This document shows, one piece after another, positions 1 to 13,448 of a stretch of 64,000 bases of DNA. The notes under the pieces are model-generated. The model saw only the letters and a program-made list of their open reading frames with translations, did no database searches and was not told where the DNA came from. Source of the DNA: Takakia lepidozioides (lineage: Eukaryota > Plantae > Bryophyta). Position 1 is the stretch's first letter; every line of letters begins with the position of its first letter. The position numbers and the translations under genes are program-made. The stretch is from assembly GCA_030704615.1 (NCBI GenBank), contig CM060734.1, positions 58,776,001 through 58,840,000 on the forward strand, given 5' to 3'.

Positions 1-463
1 TGACTATACTCACTGCTGTACAAACACCACTTCATGATGACATTCAATGGGACTGTTTGCCATTCTCTGGGCACAGAGGGTTCTCTCTTCTCTTTCTCTG
101 GACGAGGGGACAGATGAATGAGTGGACTTTGCTGACTGCAGCAACGGGTGAATGCTGGCATCTGGGATGACGTGGAAAATCTAGACGTACAGGTGCTGGT
201 ACACCTTTTGGTTGTCTGGATTCGTCTTTTGCAGGTGGCTTTTTGACCCATCCCTTCTGTTGTTGTCAAAATCTGTTTTGCAGTGACAATGTTCCCGAAA
301 CAATAGATCTGGGTCCATACAGTGCTGAATTGCACCTATAAACGTCAGAAATTTTCGTGTGAATTCCTGAGATGGCTAGTAGAGTACAATTTGGGAAGTG
401 CATATTGCTTTAGACATGAACATCTAACATTCTCAGAAATGGGGGTTCCCCAACTTTCCTCAG

Positions 464-1293
464 CAATGGCAGACAAGTGCGAAAAGTGGATATGTAGAAG
501 GCTTTAAGCACATGGAGAGTACTGAGGCAAAGAAGTTAAAAGTGTTGAATGTGGTGATGGGATTACAGAAGCCAATACTACCTGACGGCGTATTGTCATT
601 GGCGCTCGGTCGCGGAGAAATAGAGGGAGCCATTAGGGAGCTTAATAATTGTGACAAAAGTTCTCTTGCCACCATTCAAATCCTGGCCTGCTGGATGTTT
701 GAGGTATGTCCCTCTCTCTTCTTACAACCATAATCTATCTAAACTATTGAAGCTTCAAGTAATCCATGAAAATTTGGAGATCTCCATGGTAAGTGACACA
801 TGATTGCCCTCAAATCTGACTTGGCTAATTCTCATGTGAACCGCAGATAGTACCAGTGAAGCCAAGCTTAATCCGCTGTCTCTACAGTGGATTGGCGCAT
901 GTATTGCTGCACCGTTCAAGTCTTGAGGATGTGAAAGAGAAGGCCTTTTCCAACCCCGGGTTCTTGAAACCAGGAAGTTCAACCCCCCATGACTCCCAAA
1001 ACGAATCACCATCTTTCAAGAGGCGGTCAATGGTAAGGGGGACGGAAAGCCCTTACTCAAAGTATCGGCCTTCTCATCTAGAAAACGAGTTTGGGTTGTT
1101 GTTGGAGGCTGCAGCACGCTATTGGGTAAAGGAGAGTAAGGCTGCCAGGGCCCGAGTACATGAGAGCATTTTACATAACAGTACAGAGGCTCCGTTAGAT
1201 TATGTTACCAAGGAGAAAAAGCTAAGAGGGCCCTTGACTGAAATTCTTGCCGAGGAACCCTGGATGCAAGAACGTGCAAGCTTGCAGTTTTGA
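464..1293 (+). CDS. Probable last two exons (~464-703, ~848-1293) of an uncharacterised protein gene starting upstream of the window
   Basis: Acceptor ttcctcAG opens QWQTSAKSG...ACWMFE up to donor GTATGT. Acceptor ccgcAG continues in frame into ORF 856-1293 and a TGA. No recognisable domain. Confidence 0.4.
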
Positions 1294-2038
1294 TGGACCT
1301 TTCGTGAGGTTGGCAAACAGTGCTTCTTGACCCTTACAGCAGTGACCTGCATACTGTAATACTATAACCACAAGCTGTTGGAATAGCAACTGTCAGAAAG
1401 GTTCAACTTTCAGAAGCCTCAGTTACTTGATGGTCTTGGTTAGCAAGACAGCAAGAGAGATTGCATTATTTATCCAACTCTTTCTTCTCTGCCACCAAGA
1501 ACATCTACCTCTCTTCTTTGCAAGGCAAGGAAACTGATTGGTTCCTTGCTTGTCGGCCATTGCTGTGAGAGTACTCCCCGACCATCACATAACCCATTTA
1601 GGTGTTACTAGAATCTTTCAAATGTTCAGAAGTTCAATTAAGATGTTCAATAGCTTTGTATGAAATGTCCGAAGAGTATTTTCAGGAACATCGAGAGAAA
1701 GGGATTACTCATGAGACTTTGCTTTCCATAGCCTAGCAGCCATGGCCGCCTTAATCATTCCTGAAGTCAAGGGCTTACGCACCTTGAAGAAGGAGCACAC
1801 TAGAGCTCAGAGAAAGAATGAAGAGTAAATGACTGATCTTAAGTGCAGAAACCATGGGCAGAGGTCACTGTTGGATGTCATGTAGATAAAGTGCCCCTGT
1901 ATGGGCAATCAGCATCTCCAACTGCGAGGCTTAGCATTCCCCTGGACTGATTGTGTACAATGAAGAGATCAGTGTTCACCTTAACCTGATAAACAAGCTT
2001 AGCACGCCTCCATGAGGCTTTCACTAACTTGATATTCA

Positions 2039-4407
2039 TCAGTTGATTGTTGAGCCATGCTTCCCCCCTGCAACCACCCCAGAACCTCTAAAAAGGTTGT
2101 CGATTATGATATCGAATGCATCTTTCATTTGCATGGGGCTGCGCCCAGGCTTGGCGTATACAATGCCTGGAATAATCCCAATGATCTTCTCTTGCATAGC
2201 CTTCACCTTCGCTGCAGGGATGGCTGCCAGTGCCTCTACTACCTTCATTCCTTTACGAAGAACCTGAACAAGAAAACACCACTTCTTAGGCCAGGTCACT
2301 CCACTTTGAAAGGTGAGGGTTGAAGTGTGGGGCAGTGTTTCCAAGAGCCCAATCAAATATCATTTATCATGTCAACTGGCACTGGTAAGTTCTAAGTTCA
2401 CATGTGGTGATCCTAAGCATCGAGAAAATGAAGTTAGATTCTCCAGAAACTACATGCAGCACCCTCCGAGGTCACGATGGACTTACCTCTTCCTCATCGA
2501 AGTAGACCGAGTAATCTCTCCCGTCAGGTGGAAGGTGCCACAGATACTGAGTGTACGCAGAATGCTCATTGAAAAACACTGGAATGCATCCTGCCACCAG
2601 GCAGTCAAAGATGCCTTTTCGTGTGGGAGTATCACCCGACGGTTGCAGACAGAATACAGAGCGAAGAAACAGGCCAGCTAAATGTTGCGGATTTTCGGGA
2701 CAGTTCAATTTGCTGCAATCTATGAGAGTGCAGTTTTGGGAAATTCTACACTGCCTCAAAAGATTTCCCCTCAACGGCCCACTGTGATCAAGATCCCGAG
2801 GTGCCCCTGCATATGACACGAAGCTGTCCCGCTTCGCACTTCGAACTGTAGCCAGCCAAATCTTCACATCCTCGTCAGAAGAAGGGTGGAAAGAGGTGGG
2901 GTAAGGAATCCCAACCATTTTTTCGTCGGAAGCATATGGATCCCGTTCAATTAAGAGCTTTGTCACGTTCTGAAATGAAGTGAAATGAAGCAGTGAGTTT
3001 CCCCAGTTCGTTGCAGCTTCTTCCCGCAAGAAATCCCACACAGGGCGTCCCAGTATTAGCAGATGATCAGCTCCTTGGCGACGAACCCACTCAGGTTGCC
3101 CCATCAACCAGCCAGCAAACCGATGGCTTAGTCTGTCCCGCAATTGCACTATGGGGGAAAACAAATGACGAGTGAGGTCTAATCCCGCGTAGTATGGCAG
3201 ATAAAAAGCCGAGGCAAGTTTTGGAACCTTAGTAAGACAAGCATACAGTTTCATCCGCTCGTGCATTAGCACTTCCAGAGCAAACTGGTCAGTGTGATAC
3301 CAGGCATCTGGCGAGAAAAGATTTTCCTGGCTGCTGTTTAAAGGTCCAGCGGTTTCCTGTATGGACACGGGAAGCAAATCAGTTTGAAGGTCTAAAGTTG
3401 TGGAAGGAAGGTGGGGCGATTTGTTTCCAAACATCCCGAGGAACTGGTCCATTGTATAGGAGAAGGGAGAGATTCACAAATTCCTTGCTCAGGTTAATCT
3501 CTCTGTATGATAGGGAAATTGTGAACGTTCGATTGCAGGTATAGAGTAAGAATGGAATATCGGAAAGTATTGAAGAGTCTTTCTGAGTTGAAAAGCAAGA
3601 GAAACTCATATCCCTTTCCAGGCTTTCGGTGAACCAGGGGAAACAATCTCAAACCACTAGCTTGACCCCAAGCTCTACAACTTACATATTCAAAATAGGT
3701 ACCTCACATGTCTGTACTTACAGAATGAGCTGATGAATTCAAACCTAACCATGTAAAGACCTGACAGCATTCTCTTTATGATGCATCGATCGAGCTTGGG
3801 GAAGAGTTGAAGAAGAAAGAAATTTCTGACACGTTTGCTTGAGAGAGAGTTATCGCTTAGCATCTTACCCTATAGGTCATTTCCCAAACAGTGTCTAGAC
3901 TAGAGGTGAGATCCGTACCGTAGCTGTAATCGGTCCTCCAAGCCCTCTGTCCACAAGACTCCCGCACATGATTGGCTCAATAGGCTGATCCTGACAGTAG
4001 TCTAGAAGGATGTCCTTGTTGAATGCTTCCGGCACATCATACATGTAAATATATCTGCCTAGACATAAATCTTCCGCCTCCTTACTAGGCGAACGCCACG
4101 ATTCCCCTCCACCTGACTGAATCTTTAATATTTCCTGCCGCGATATTGAGTTTGATGTCAAAGGTATCGAACTTCTACTGCTCTGTAGTATAACAAGTCT
4201 AATTCTATCTTGAAACCCGAAGACGGCCTGCACGCCCACCACAATTGCCAATGAAACGAGGGCTGTGTAAAGAACCCACTTTGCAAGACGGTGCAAACTG
4301 GAACCTTCGGGTTCGGCTGGATTACTAGGCGAGTGGTGAAATCTGAAATACTTTAGAACCACAAGGATCAGAGCCTGGTGTGCAGGCATCGCGTCTTGTA
4401 CTTTCAT
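2039..4407 (-). CDS. Exostosin/GT47 glycosyltransferase (xyloglucan galactosyltransferase MUR3/XLT2-like clade), 3 exons: 4407-3919, 3356-2487, 2263-2039
   Basis: N-terminal TM segment, then GRYIYMYDVP..FN, WYHTDQFALEV, FYLPYYAGLD, GIPYPTSFHP, SVFCLQPSGDTPTRKGIFD..AGCIPVFF..SAYTQYLWHLP and DAFDI. GT-AG phase-0 junctions join the three ORFs. Confidence 0.92.
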
Positions 4408-5080
4408 CTCTCCACGTTTAAGCTGTCCTCAACAGTGCCACCTGGGCTTGTGCTTTACTCTTTGAGTTCCATCCTGCAGCTCACCGTCTCTAAGCTTTCA
4501 GAGACATTTTATGTACATCTCTACAGTTCCAAATCGAAAACCCTGACACATGTGTAGCTCTCTTCCCAAGATCTCAAGCATCCCTACAATATGATGCCTG
4601 CATATGAACGTGTGGCTTTATCAGACGAGGCTGCCGCCACTCTAGCTCGCTGATTTGAAGTGCAAGAGCCACGAAACTACGAGAGTAACACCCTTCTCCT
4701 GTAATCTCACAGCACATTTACGAAGCCTTGCGTCTATTTTCATGAACTCCCCATGAGCTTGCATCCCCAAACGTAACCAGGTTACGTCCGGGTCAAGGAA
4801 TGTTCAAGAGTGAGAAGGGTGGAGTTCATCTAGAAATCTCGTCTGCAGACAGAAAATGTGTACCCTGCAGAGACGGACACACTGTAGATATCCCCAAATT
4901 GTTCGGGAAGTAGAATGTAACATGTTCAGAGATCCGAGTGTTCAACCCCAACCTCAGCAAGGGAGCCAAGATTGCTTGCTCACAAGGACGTGGGCCAGCG
5001 CTAGAAATATGAGAGATGTGTTTGCCTGCATGCGCTGCTGTAGACGTCACACCTCATGTCTTGTGTATCGTCCTCTCTAG

Positions 5081-5082
<2 letters not shown>

Positions 5083-5118
<36 letters not shown>
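5083..5118. repeat. (CT)n microsatellite
   Basis: Run of ctctct visible directly. Confidence 0.9.
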
Positions 5119-5121
<3 letters not shown>

Positions 5122-5144
5122 CACAGTGTCTCCCACTGTTTTTC

Positions 5145-5448
5145 CGTGTGCGTTGTGGCGTTGAAACTGAAGAACACTTCTTCTTCTACTGCCCTCTATA
5201 CTACGAGATCCGTGGGAGATTCCACTGTTTATTCAGTGGAACCCAAACTCTCACTGATGTCTTTCACTATGAGGATCCAAAATGCGTGGCAGCCTACCTA
5301 CACGAGGCCTTCACCCTTAGACAATCGCTAGAACATTAATTGTGGTTTCTGGATTTGTTCCTCTCTCATGTTTTCTTCCATTTTGTCCCATAAGCTCTAC
5401 GAGCTTTCCGCGGACGATATAAAGCACCATTTCATTTCATTTCATTTC
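5145..5448 (+). mobile_element. 5'-truncated non-LTR retrotransposon (LINE) 3' end
   Basis: C-terminal zinc-knuckle-like CGVETEEHFFFYCPLYYEIR, stop at 5339, short 3' UTR and (CATTT)n tail at ~5428-5447. Confidence 0.6.
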
Positions 5449-8400
5449 TCCTTAAACCACCCCTGTCAATTTAGCCTTGTCAATTTCAAAGGCTTGTAAC
5501 TTCTAAAAAACGTACTCTTACACCATGTGAATCAGCATTGTGTAGAGCAGACCCAAGTTCTTTAGAGCTCCCTCTTACTTTAATGTATTTTGAGTGTTTA
5601 ACTTAAAGCAGCAGTCGGTAGCTCAGTTGGATAGTGTATACACTGCCACCCAATTACCTGAACGATGAGTTAGAACTTGCGGTGTCTACTGATGGAGACC
5701 CATGACCCGGTTTACCAGCCACAGTGGTGGTAAGTTAACATGGAGGGAGTCATGTTGGCTATATTTGCACATGCATGCAAGCAGACATGTCTACTACGAG
5801 TGTTGTCCAGCAGCAATTATTAAATGGGATATTCTCAGGGAGCGGCTCAGCTCACGTCCGGGACAGCACATTGCTCTCACTTGCAAAAGCTGCGCTGCAC
5901 CAAAGTAGCTCCAGAATCTCCCACACAGACAGAGAGCGAGCGAGCTACTCTTTGTTGGGTCCCACACGAGTTGTTTGGTTTGCAACCAGGTCTGAAGTTT
6001 GAACAGATCTGAACAACAACAGCAAGCAGGATCCGAGATTCCGAGGTGGGGTCAAGCTCTTTTTCTACTTTGGGTGTCGTTGGGAGGAGACTTAAGAGGA
6101 CCCTGATGTGGGCCCTGGCTGTCAAAGTATATGATGGCACAAAGAATAACACTGCAAGGCATAGGCCCTGGCAGAGCTGAATGAATCACACACAAGCACA
6201 GTCAAACCTGAATTCTCTTTTCGGCCCTGGCTGGGCCAGTGGGCCTGATCTCTGTCTGTCCCATTCCTTCAAGAAAAAAGAAAAACAAGTAGAGTTTAAG
6301 AGATTAGGGCAACCAGCAGTCGGTAGCTTAGTGATAGAGCACTGAGTGGCACCCAGGTGAGTCTGCGCTCAAATCCCTTGTTGGTGTTGTATGATCTTCT
6401 CCCCCTTCCCTTCAGCGTCCCTTGAACCTTGTGCTTGGCGAGGTTGCTATGAAAGAGGTTCTTTTCTCCACTCACTATAATTAACCCCTAATGGACGAGG
6501 CTGATTTTGGTGGGCCCACTCAAAAACAGCACATACCCTCACGGATGAGGGTATATCTCCCAGCTAACAAACATCCACAGGGATGAACCGTATGAAAGGA
6601 AGGCTACCTACCTCATGCACCTGCGTACAAATTCCAGCCCATTTTACTGTGTCATTAGGAAGATTATAACAAAATGGTAAGCCCTGAATATGTAGTGTAC
6701 TCCAATTTTAACAGGAAGAATTTGTTTGACCAGGCTGTTGGTCCGAAAAAAAAAAAATTCCTTGCAAGACCCCAACCACATTCCAATTCACAGGCACCTA
6801 AAGCATCTTGCCTCAAATTTGCAAAGCACAATTCCAAAATCTGCATAGGGTTGCATTATATGGGAAAACAGTGGGGTCAAAAAGCACCATTTATCTCAAT
6901 TGACCTGTAATACAGCCATAGGGGTCCAGATTGGCATTGCAACCACAATTCAAAAAGTGGAATTGTTCCTTGAATGATTTCCTACTACCTCCAAAAAGAA
7001 TTTTTGATTTCTAAGCAAAATGCAGGCAGAGATTTTAATTTCTACTTGAATTCCAGTTCAGGCGAAGTATTGCCTGGGCTGGTAGATAATGCCGGCCAAA
7101 AAAAGGGGCCACGTCGTGAAGACACATGAACACATAGGGGCTATTTTGTGTCTGCTCGCTTTTTGTGGAGCCCGGCTGATACCCCTCGCTGGCAAATGCC
7201 GAGACCCAGCCCCATCTGCTTGCCACGTGGTAAAGTCAACCCCGCTGGAGGGTCCCAAACCAGCGATTTTTTGGTATTACCCCCACCCTTTCCCAAAAAT
7301 CCTGTTGGCTGTCCTGTAGGGTTTTTAGGGTGCCATCAATTCACATGGGGCGTAGAATTAAATTTCCTACATTTTTCATTCAGGGCTCAATTTCATCCGA
7401 GATCATCTCGATGCTTTGCATCCATTCGAAATTTCCCGGCGACCCAATTCAGGTCGCCTTGTCCATTAGGGGTTAAGGGGCCTAGTTTGTGGGCCTGGCT
7501 AGCTTACAGGTATGTTCTTAAAATATTTAAACAAGTGGTTAGTCCTTGACTATGCCAAGATGGCATGGAAAGAGGCTACCAAAACAGCAGATGCTTTCCG
7601 ATGGCTGAACAGGACATCCTCTCTCATTTCGACAAACTATGGGGGTTTCACAACATCTGCTATTTCACAGGGCTGCTAGAGAAGTTATGTGGTCCTACCA
7701 GAGACCTAGAATGGGTCAACTTGTTCATTAGTTTGTCCACGCTCTGGGCTAGTGGTGAAGCCCCTTTGTCTCCTGCCTGGGGTCGCTTTGTACTTACTCT
7801 TCTTCGCAGTGAAGCGAACTTGCCTCACTTGTGCCCCAAGAAAAAAAAAAAAAAAAACTCTTCGCGAATACCGAAATTTCATCCATAATAAACTTGAAAA
7901 TTCATCCATTTATTTTTCAAAAATTGTTCAGTAAGAGAGATGGTACCTGAGGGAGGTGTTATCTGGAGGCCCTTCATCAAGTGGCTTTCAACAAAGGAGA
8001 GGAGGTGACACCCGGGGAAGGCACAAGAGGGGCTTAGCGATTTTGACACTATGCCTAGTCTCTTCTTGAGAATAAAGAAGCTCCAATAATTAAGGTAACC
8101 CAGGTGTGACTGCTCACAATTCACTCCCTTTGAGAAGGGGGAGGAAAATCAACCCCATTTCAGATAAGCCATTGGGCACACAAGATGGAAATGTCACCCC
8201 CCCAGACCGACCCACCCGTCACGTAACAAATACCCTGAGGAGAGAGTAGCAAGATTTGAACCTGGAACCACCAGGGTGACACACAGTGCGGGAAAAAGGA
8301 AACAATCATGGTGTTGTTTATTATATTGCTAATCACATGACAAGATGGATGAAATAACATGGATATATAGATGAAATAGCACATACTTTAGTGAACGAGG

Positions 8401-9803
8401 AGTTAGAAAATTGCGGAAGTAGGAAGAAAGCAAAAGTATCCAAATAATGCGACCAAGCTGGTGTAAGTATAACTGACAATATGAGCCACTTCACCTACTG
8501 CCCCTGGAGGTGGGCCTAGCGTAAAATAAACCTTATACAAGTAACATTTATTCAGGTTTCACTGTCTTGTTTTACCATGTCTCAGTGGACCACCCGACCA
8601 CGCCAAATGGGACAGCAGAAACAAGACTCTGGCTGAAGCGGGCGAGAGGACCGCAGGAGGAAAATAAATAACAAGACGCACCGCGTGCGGCCGACCGCGC
8701 TCCGCGGTGCGGGTGGCCGACCCGGCTTCGGCGCGCGTCCCCCGAACAGACGACCGCGCTGCGCGGTCGCCGTGCGTGGGCCACGCACGGGATTCACTCT
8801 TGCGAATTGAATGGTGTGGAAGTGATGTTGGCAAGTCAGGAGTGGCGTCTCAGAAAGTGAATGGGCGAGAGAGAGAGCTTCCGGTCTCTCAGGTATCCGA
8901 AGAGTAGGTGAGAACAGGAGATACTTAGTTAATTAATGCAGTTTCAAACTCCCGGGCCTTTTCTATTACTTGCCTTCAGACTGCAAGAATGTGAACCGCT
9001 CGAAGGCATCCACTTTCCATACCTCGTTCAGTAGCCTACGAATTACTTTCCAAGTTCCACACCTGGAGACCAAGGGGTCAGGCGCCTTCAGTGCTCAGTT
9101 AGTTGCTGCAGCCCTAATCCTACTCATCTCCAAGCTTTCAGCCTGAAAACCAGTACTATTCTCCCCGGCCTGCTACGGTACAAGTTGCTTCGATCACACA
9201 CCTTCAGGCAGTACTACTCGAGCACTTTCCAGGTTGCAAGCAGAGATGGACAAAGCATGATCTGAGGAAACATTCACTAGGTACTCCAGCATTAGTCCTA
9301 CAAGCATCCTTTGCAACCCGAATTGGAGGTGAGTGGTACTAGCTCCAACGTCTATTCGAGTGCACATCGTGTGACTAAGCGTTGCGCAGCGATCAGAGTA
9401 ACTCCGGAATAAAGATGGCCCATGACTAGTGTACTCTTTGAACATTCTCAGGCAGTGCATGCACAACAGATCAAGCAATGGTTTGTACACAATGCTTCTC
9501 TGCCGAAGGTGCTTGCAAAGCTCATACAGATCCACCCAAATTTGTAAAACAAGCTGCGATTGGGCTCCTCCTTTGTGAATAGACCGATGTACTTTGTACA
9601 TTCAAAAATATTTGGAACATTCTTACACCTAAAATTTTGCTTGCCTTCCATGGCCACTCAGTTATGGGTACAACGGGATGCTATACTGGCTTTGGCACTG
9701 CTGCATAAGCTCCTCCTACAACAAAAACCACCTGTCTGGGAATGTGTACTGTCTACTGTATACGAGTATTATAGAAAAAAAGCTTCGCCGAGAATGGTCA
9801 ATT

Positions 9804-9877
9804 GGCCTTTTAGCTCAGTTGGTTAGAGCGTCGTGCTAATAACGCGAAGGTCACAGGTTCGAAACCTGTATGGGCCA
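9804..9877 (+). tRNA. tRNA-Ile (anticodon AAT)
   Basis: GGCCTTTTAGCTCAGTTGGTTAGAGCGTCGTGCT-AAT-AACGCGAAGGTCACAGGTTCGAAACCTGTATGGGCCA folds as a cloverleaf with A and B boxes. One U-U mismatch in the acceptor stem. T4 run ~18 nt downstream. Confidence 0.93.
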
Positions 9878-10014
9878 TAATAAAGTGGTTGGCATTTTGA
9901 CTCCAGTTCATGTAATTTCCGCGTAGCTGCAAGTAAAGAATAATCGAACCTGGTATCTCAATGTTTATGAAAGAAAATATGGAAGGTGGTTACAAATATA
10001 ATAAACTATTGACA

Positions 10015-10902
10015 GTGTTTTCTCTTTCATTTTTCGAAAATTGCCAGGGAGCCACATGTAGATTCTACCCAGCGCCCATGTGGCGAGAATAACGAGGTGA
10101 CGGGGTTACAAAAGTGGCTTATATAACAGGTGGCATGTTTTAAAGGTCCACGTAGGCAATATCAGGGCTCCAGATATTAACTACTGGCGATTTTAAATTT
10201 TACACATTTGAAAATTGATGTATTTGACAAGATGGTTCGTTTGACTAGTAGGAATAATAGGACTAAATGTAAGAATGCACAAGTGCACCATGGTACACCG
10301 GTTTCCAACATGTCAAATCTTCCTAACCTCTCTTGAGAATGACACAGATTGGGGTGACACCCAAATGGGATGACATCATCTGGAGTGACACGGTATGGGG
10401 TGACATCATTGAGGTGACATCATCTGAAGTGACACCGAGTTGCCCCTGGAAGGAGTGTCACTCCAATCAGTGCAATTCCCACTTGGTGTCATGAAATTAG
10501 ACCAAGTCCAAATTTGATGAAGTATATGAGCTCTGGTGACTCATCACTGCATATGACTCTTGCATTCTGAAATATTTAATAGTGAGTCCCGGTAAGAAGA
10601 GGGGGGGGGGGCGCGCTGGACAGCGTTTTTGTTCGCTAGCGAGCCAAAAGGCTCCCTTTGTTTTTTGGGCTCCTACCTCACCAAAGGAAAATGAAGGCAT
10701 TTTTGCCAAAACAGGAGCGATGAATGAGAGGTTGTTGCCAGAAAATCCCTATGACCGCCATCGTTGACCTGTTAAAACGTGCCACCTGTCAAATAGCAAC
10801 CTTTCTAGAGGTGCCAGCTCGTTTTTTCCGCCACCTGTGGCAGTGGATAGAATATACACAGGTAGCCACTTGCGCTATTTAGGAAAAATGAGAAAAAAAC
10901 GC
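10015..10902. mobile_element. Non-autonomous element with long (~135 bp) diverged terminal inverted repeats (Mutator/foldback-like)
   Basis: 10015-10150 aligns to the reverse complement of 10766-10902 (e.g. acaggtggcatgttttaa vs ttaaaacgtgccacctgt). No TSD established. Confidence 0.5.
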
Positions 10903-11969
10903 TGCCGCAGGAGGGCATTCAATCCGCGGAATCACAGAATGGGGTGACACGCATATCATCCAGAGTGACACCAGGGTGCCACGGAAAGGAGTGTCAATCC
11001 AATCGGTGTAATTCCCACTTGGTGTCACGATGATGAAGCCCGAATATGACTAACTTAAGTATAAAATGTACTAGGATTATCTACAAACTTCCCACTTCCC
11101 AGCCAAGAAACCAATCTTGAAGCCCTTGCAGCTGAGGGGTCTGAAGTTCTGTGGTGTCTGCCATTAACATGGAAACTAGAAGGCTGCAAGTGAGCTGTTG
11201 ACTACATTTGTTGCAAAGAGTCATGGGAGATAATTTATTGCTGGTGAAAAAGATCGAGGATTTGCAGACAGGGCAAAAATGATCGACCAAAGCTTACTTG
11301 TACCATCGGTGAGTGTAGAAATGTAGAGCTCGGTCACTTGAACTGGCATGAAATATTTTAGCATATTTACCCATACTGAATTCAATTGCAGAACAAATGT
11401 TTTTTTGTACCTTGGACTACACCAAACCCTGTTTTTTTTTTTTTTTCTCCTTCGAATCAGTAAAACTCAAAATATCATTTCATTGTTTTCAAGTTTTTAT
11501 GTTATTCATGCCATATCCTCACCTTATGAAGTTCTACAAATATGGTGCCGGTCTAGTCTTTTACCATTGCTTAACCTTATGATGTTCCCCACCAAAATGT
11601 TGAATGCTAACTTGTTCTTTGTGTAATCAAGTTTCTAAGACCTTTACTTTTCTTTTTTCTTAAAAACAGGGTAGGATCTACGCATCAAGTTGGCCAAAGT
11701 GCCCTTAACCTCATATTATAGGTTGTTCCCATGAGACTTAATGGGAACATGAAGTTTTTTAGTTCCCATTTGGGCACATGTTAGGGCCGGGTTCCATGGG
11801 AATGGGGGCACCCCAAAGAAGGAATCGCCCCCAATGGAGGAACATCCCATCCGCCCCCATTGTGCAAGGCAAGCGGCCCGTGACATACTAATGACAAATT
11901 ACCAAAATTTCATCCAAATTTTTCATCTTCAAATATTTCTCTTACACTGGACGTTATCTTTTAACTTAT

Positions 11970-13309
11970 GTGTTTCTGCGAGAGTGTTTGCACGTCGCGA
12001 AAGATTCTTCGCTCTCCTCTTCTTCCCCTCGCATTGTGCTCCCTCACAACCTGATCATGGCCTTGTCAATATCTGTCTTATCAATATGGGTTATTGTGAT
12101 GCAAGCCATGCAGGACATTATCATGCCAATGGAGCTTTACGGTGGTGCTACCAATATCCATGTAGAAGAATTGACATTTGTACAGTTCTTTTCCATTTTC
12201 TCACAAATGTTTACTGCATTACAGCTTTCAAAGCATCACCATATTAGTTGTCCATGGTATATCAAACCACGTTCTGTAAAATGGTTTGCTTGGTATATTG
12301 AAGATATACCCTATTCTGATCCCTTACAATTCAAGCAATTTTTTCGTGTGAGCCCTAGTACATTACAATATATATGTGATCTTGCTAGAGAAGATTTAAG
12401 TGCATGCCCTCCTACTCCATTGGATACTTTGCCAAATAGAAAATTGTCGGTTGAGAGACAGGTGGCTATAGCTCTTAGAAGGTTTGCCACTGGGGACTTA
12501 CTTTTAGGGATCAGTGAATTATTTGGTTTGGCCAAACCGACAGTTATCCACATTATTTGGAGATTTGTGGAATCACTGAATAGAAGAGCCTAACACCACT
12601 TGACATGGCCTATTGGTCAGCGAATGGAGAAGATCAAGAAAGATTTTCAGCAGTTCCGTGGTTTACCAAATTGTTGTGGGGCACTTGATGCAACTCTTTT
12701 TCTTGTTAAATTACCCCCTGGTTGTAATTCAACTATATATAGAGATTACAAGAATGGACAAAGTATTTCAATGCAGGCAGAGATGTCGTTCATCATGGAA
12801 TAAAATTGGATGGCCCAACTGTGACACTAAGTACAGGCGACAATAGTGGGGAGTACATCATTGGTGATGCAGGATATCCAATGCTCCCATGGTTGGTGAC
12901 ACCATTTTTTGGTGCTTCGGGTCGGAAGAGAGAATTCAACTACCTTCATTCATCTACTAGAATGTGTGTAGAACATGCTTTTAAAGGAGTTTGGAGATTA
13001 TTTAATCGAATTATATTTCGCCCAAAATCAGATCGTTTGGGCTCTATGATCTAGTCGGCCTGTTTGTTACACAATATCTTGATTGATATGAAATATGTGG
13101 TTGATCCAACTCTGTATGAGCATATTATAAGAGCATATCCAAGAGGGTATGCCAGTATCCCTCCAGCTAACAGAGCATTCAGTGGAGCACACAGGGTTAG
13201 GAATGCTCTCTTCAACCATTTGCTATCACAAAAGGAGTGGGATCGCACTGCCGAAGCAAGGATTGCGGCCCAAGCTGCAAGAGCAGCTGCTAGGGAAAGG
13301 ACAAATTAG
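11970..13309 (+). pseudogene. Harbinger (DDE_Tnp_4/HARBI1-like) transposase, disrupted
   Basis: FKQFFRVS, LSVERQVAIALRRFATG, GLPNCCGALDAT, YIIGDAGYP, FNYLHSSTRMCVEHAF, LLHNILID. In-frame stops at ~12591, ~12801 and ~13052, plus internal deletions. Confidence 0.88.
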
Positions 13310-13448
13310 TGGCAGAATGTGGTACCACAATAGCATGCCACAAGTCTGGATATTGAGTCTTTGTTAACATGATCATTTTTCATTTAAGAGCTTTCCTTGT
13401 GAAGCCCAATTCATGCTATGCCTCCCATTTCTTGTCAGCTCCATGAAT

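Noticed and set aside
9194-9601. 135-aa minus-strand ORF
   Set aside because: No recognisable motif or splice structure, so not supportable.
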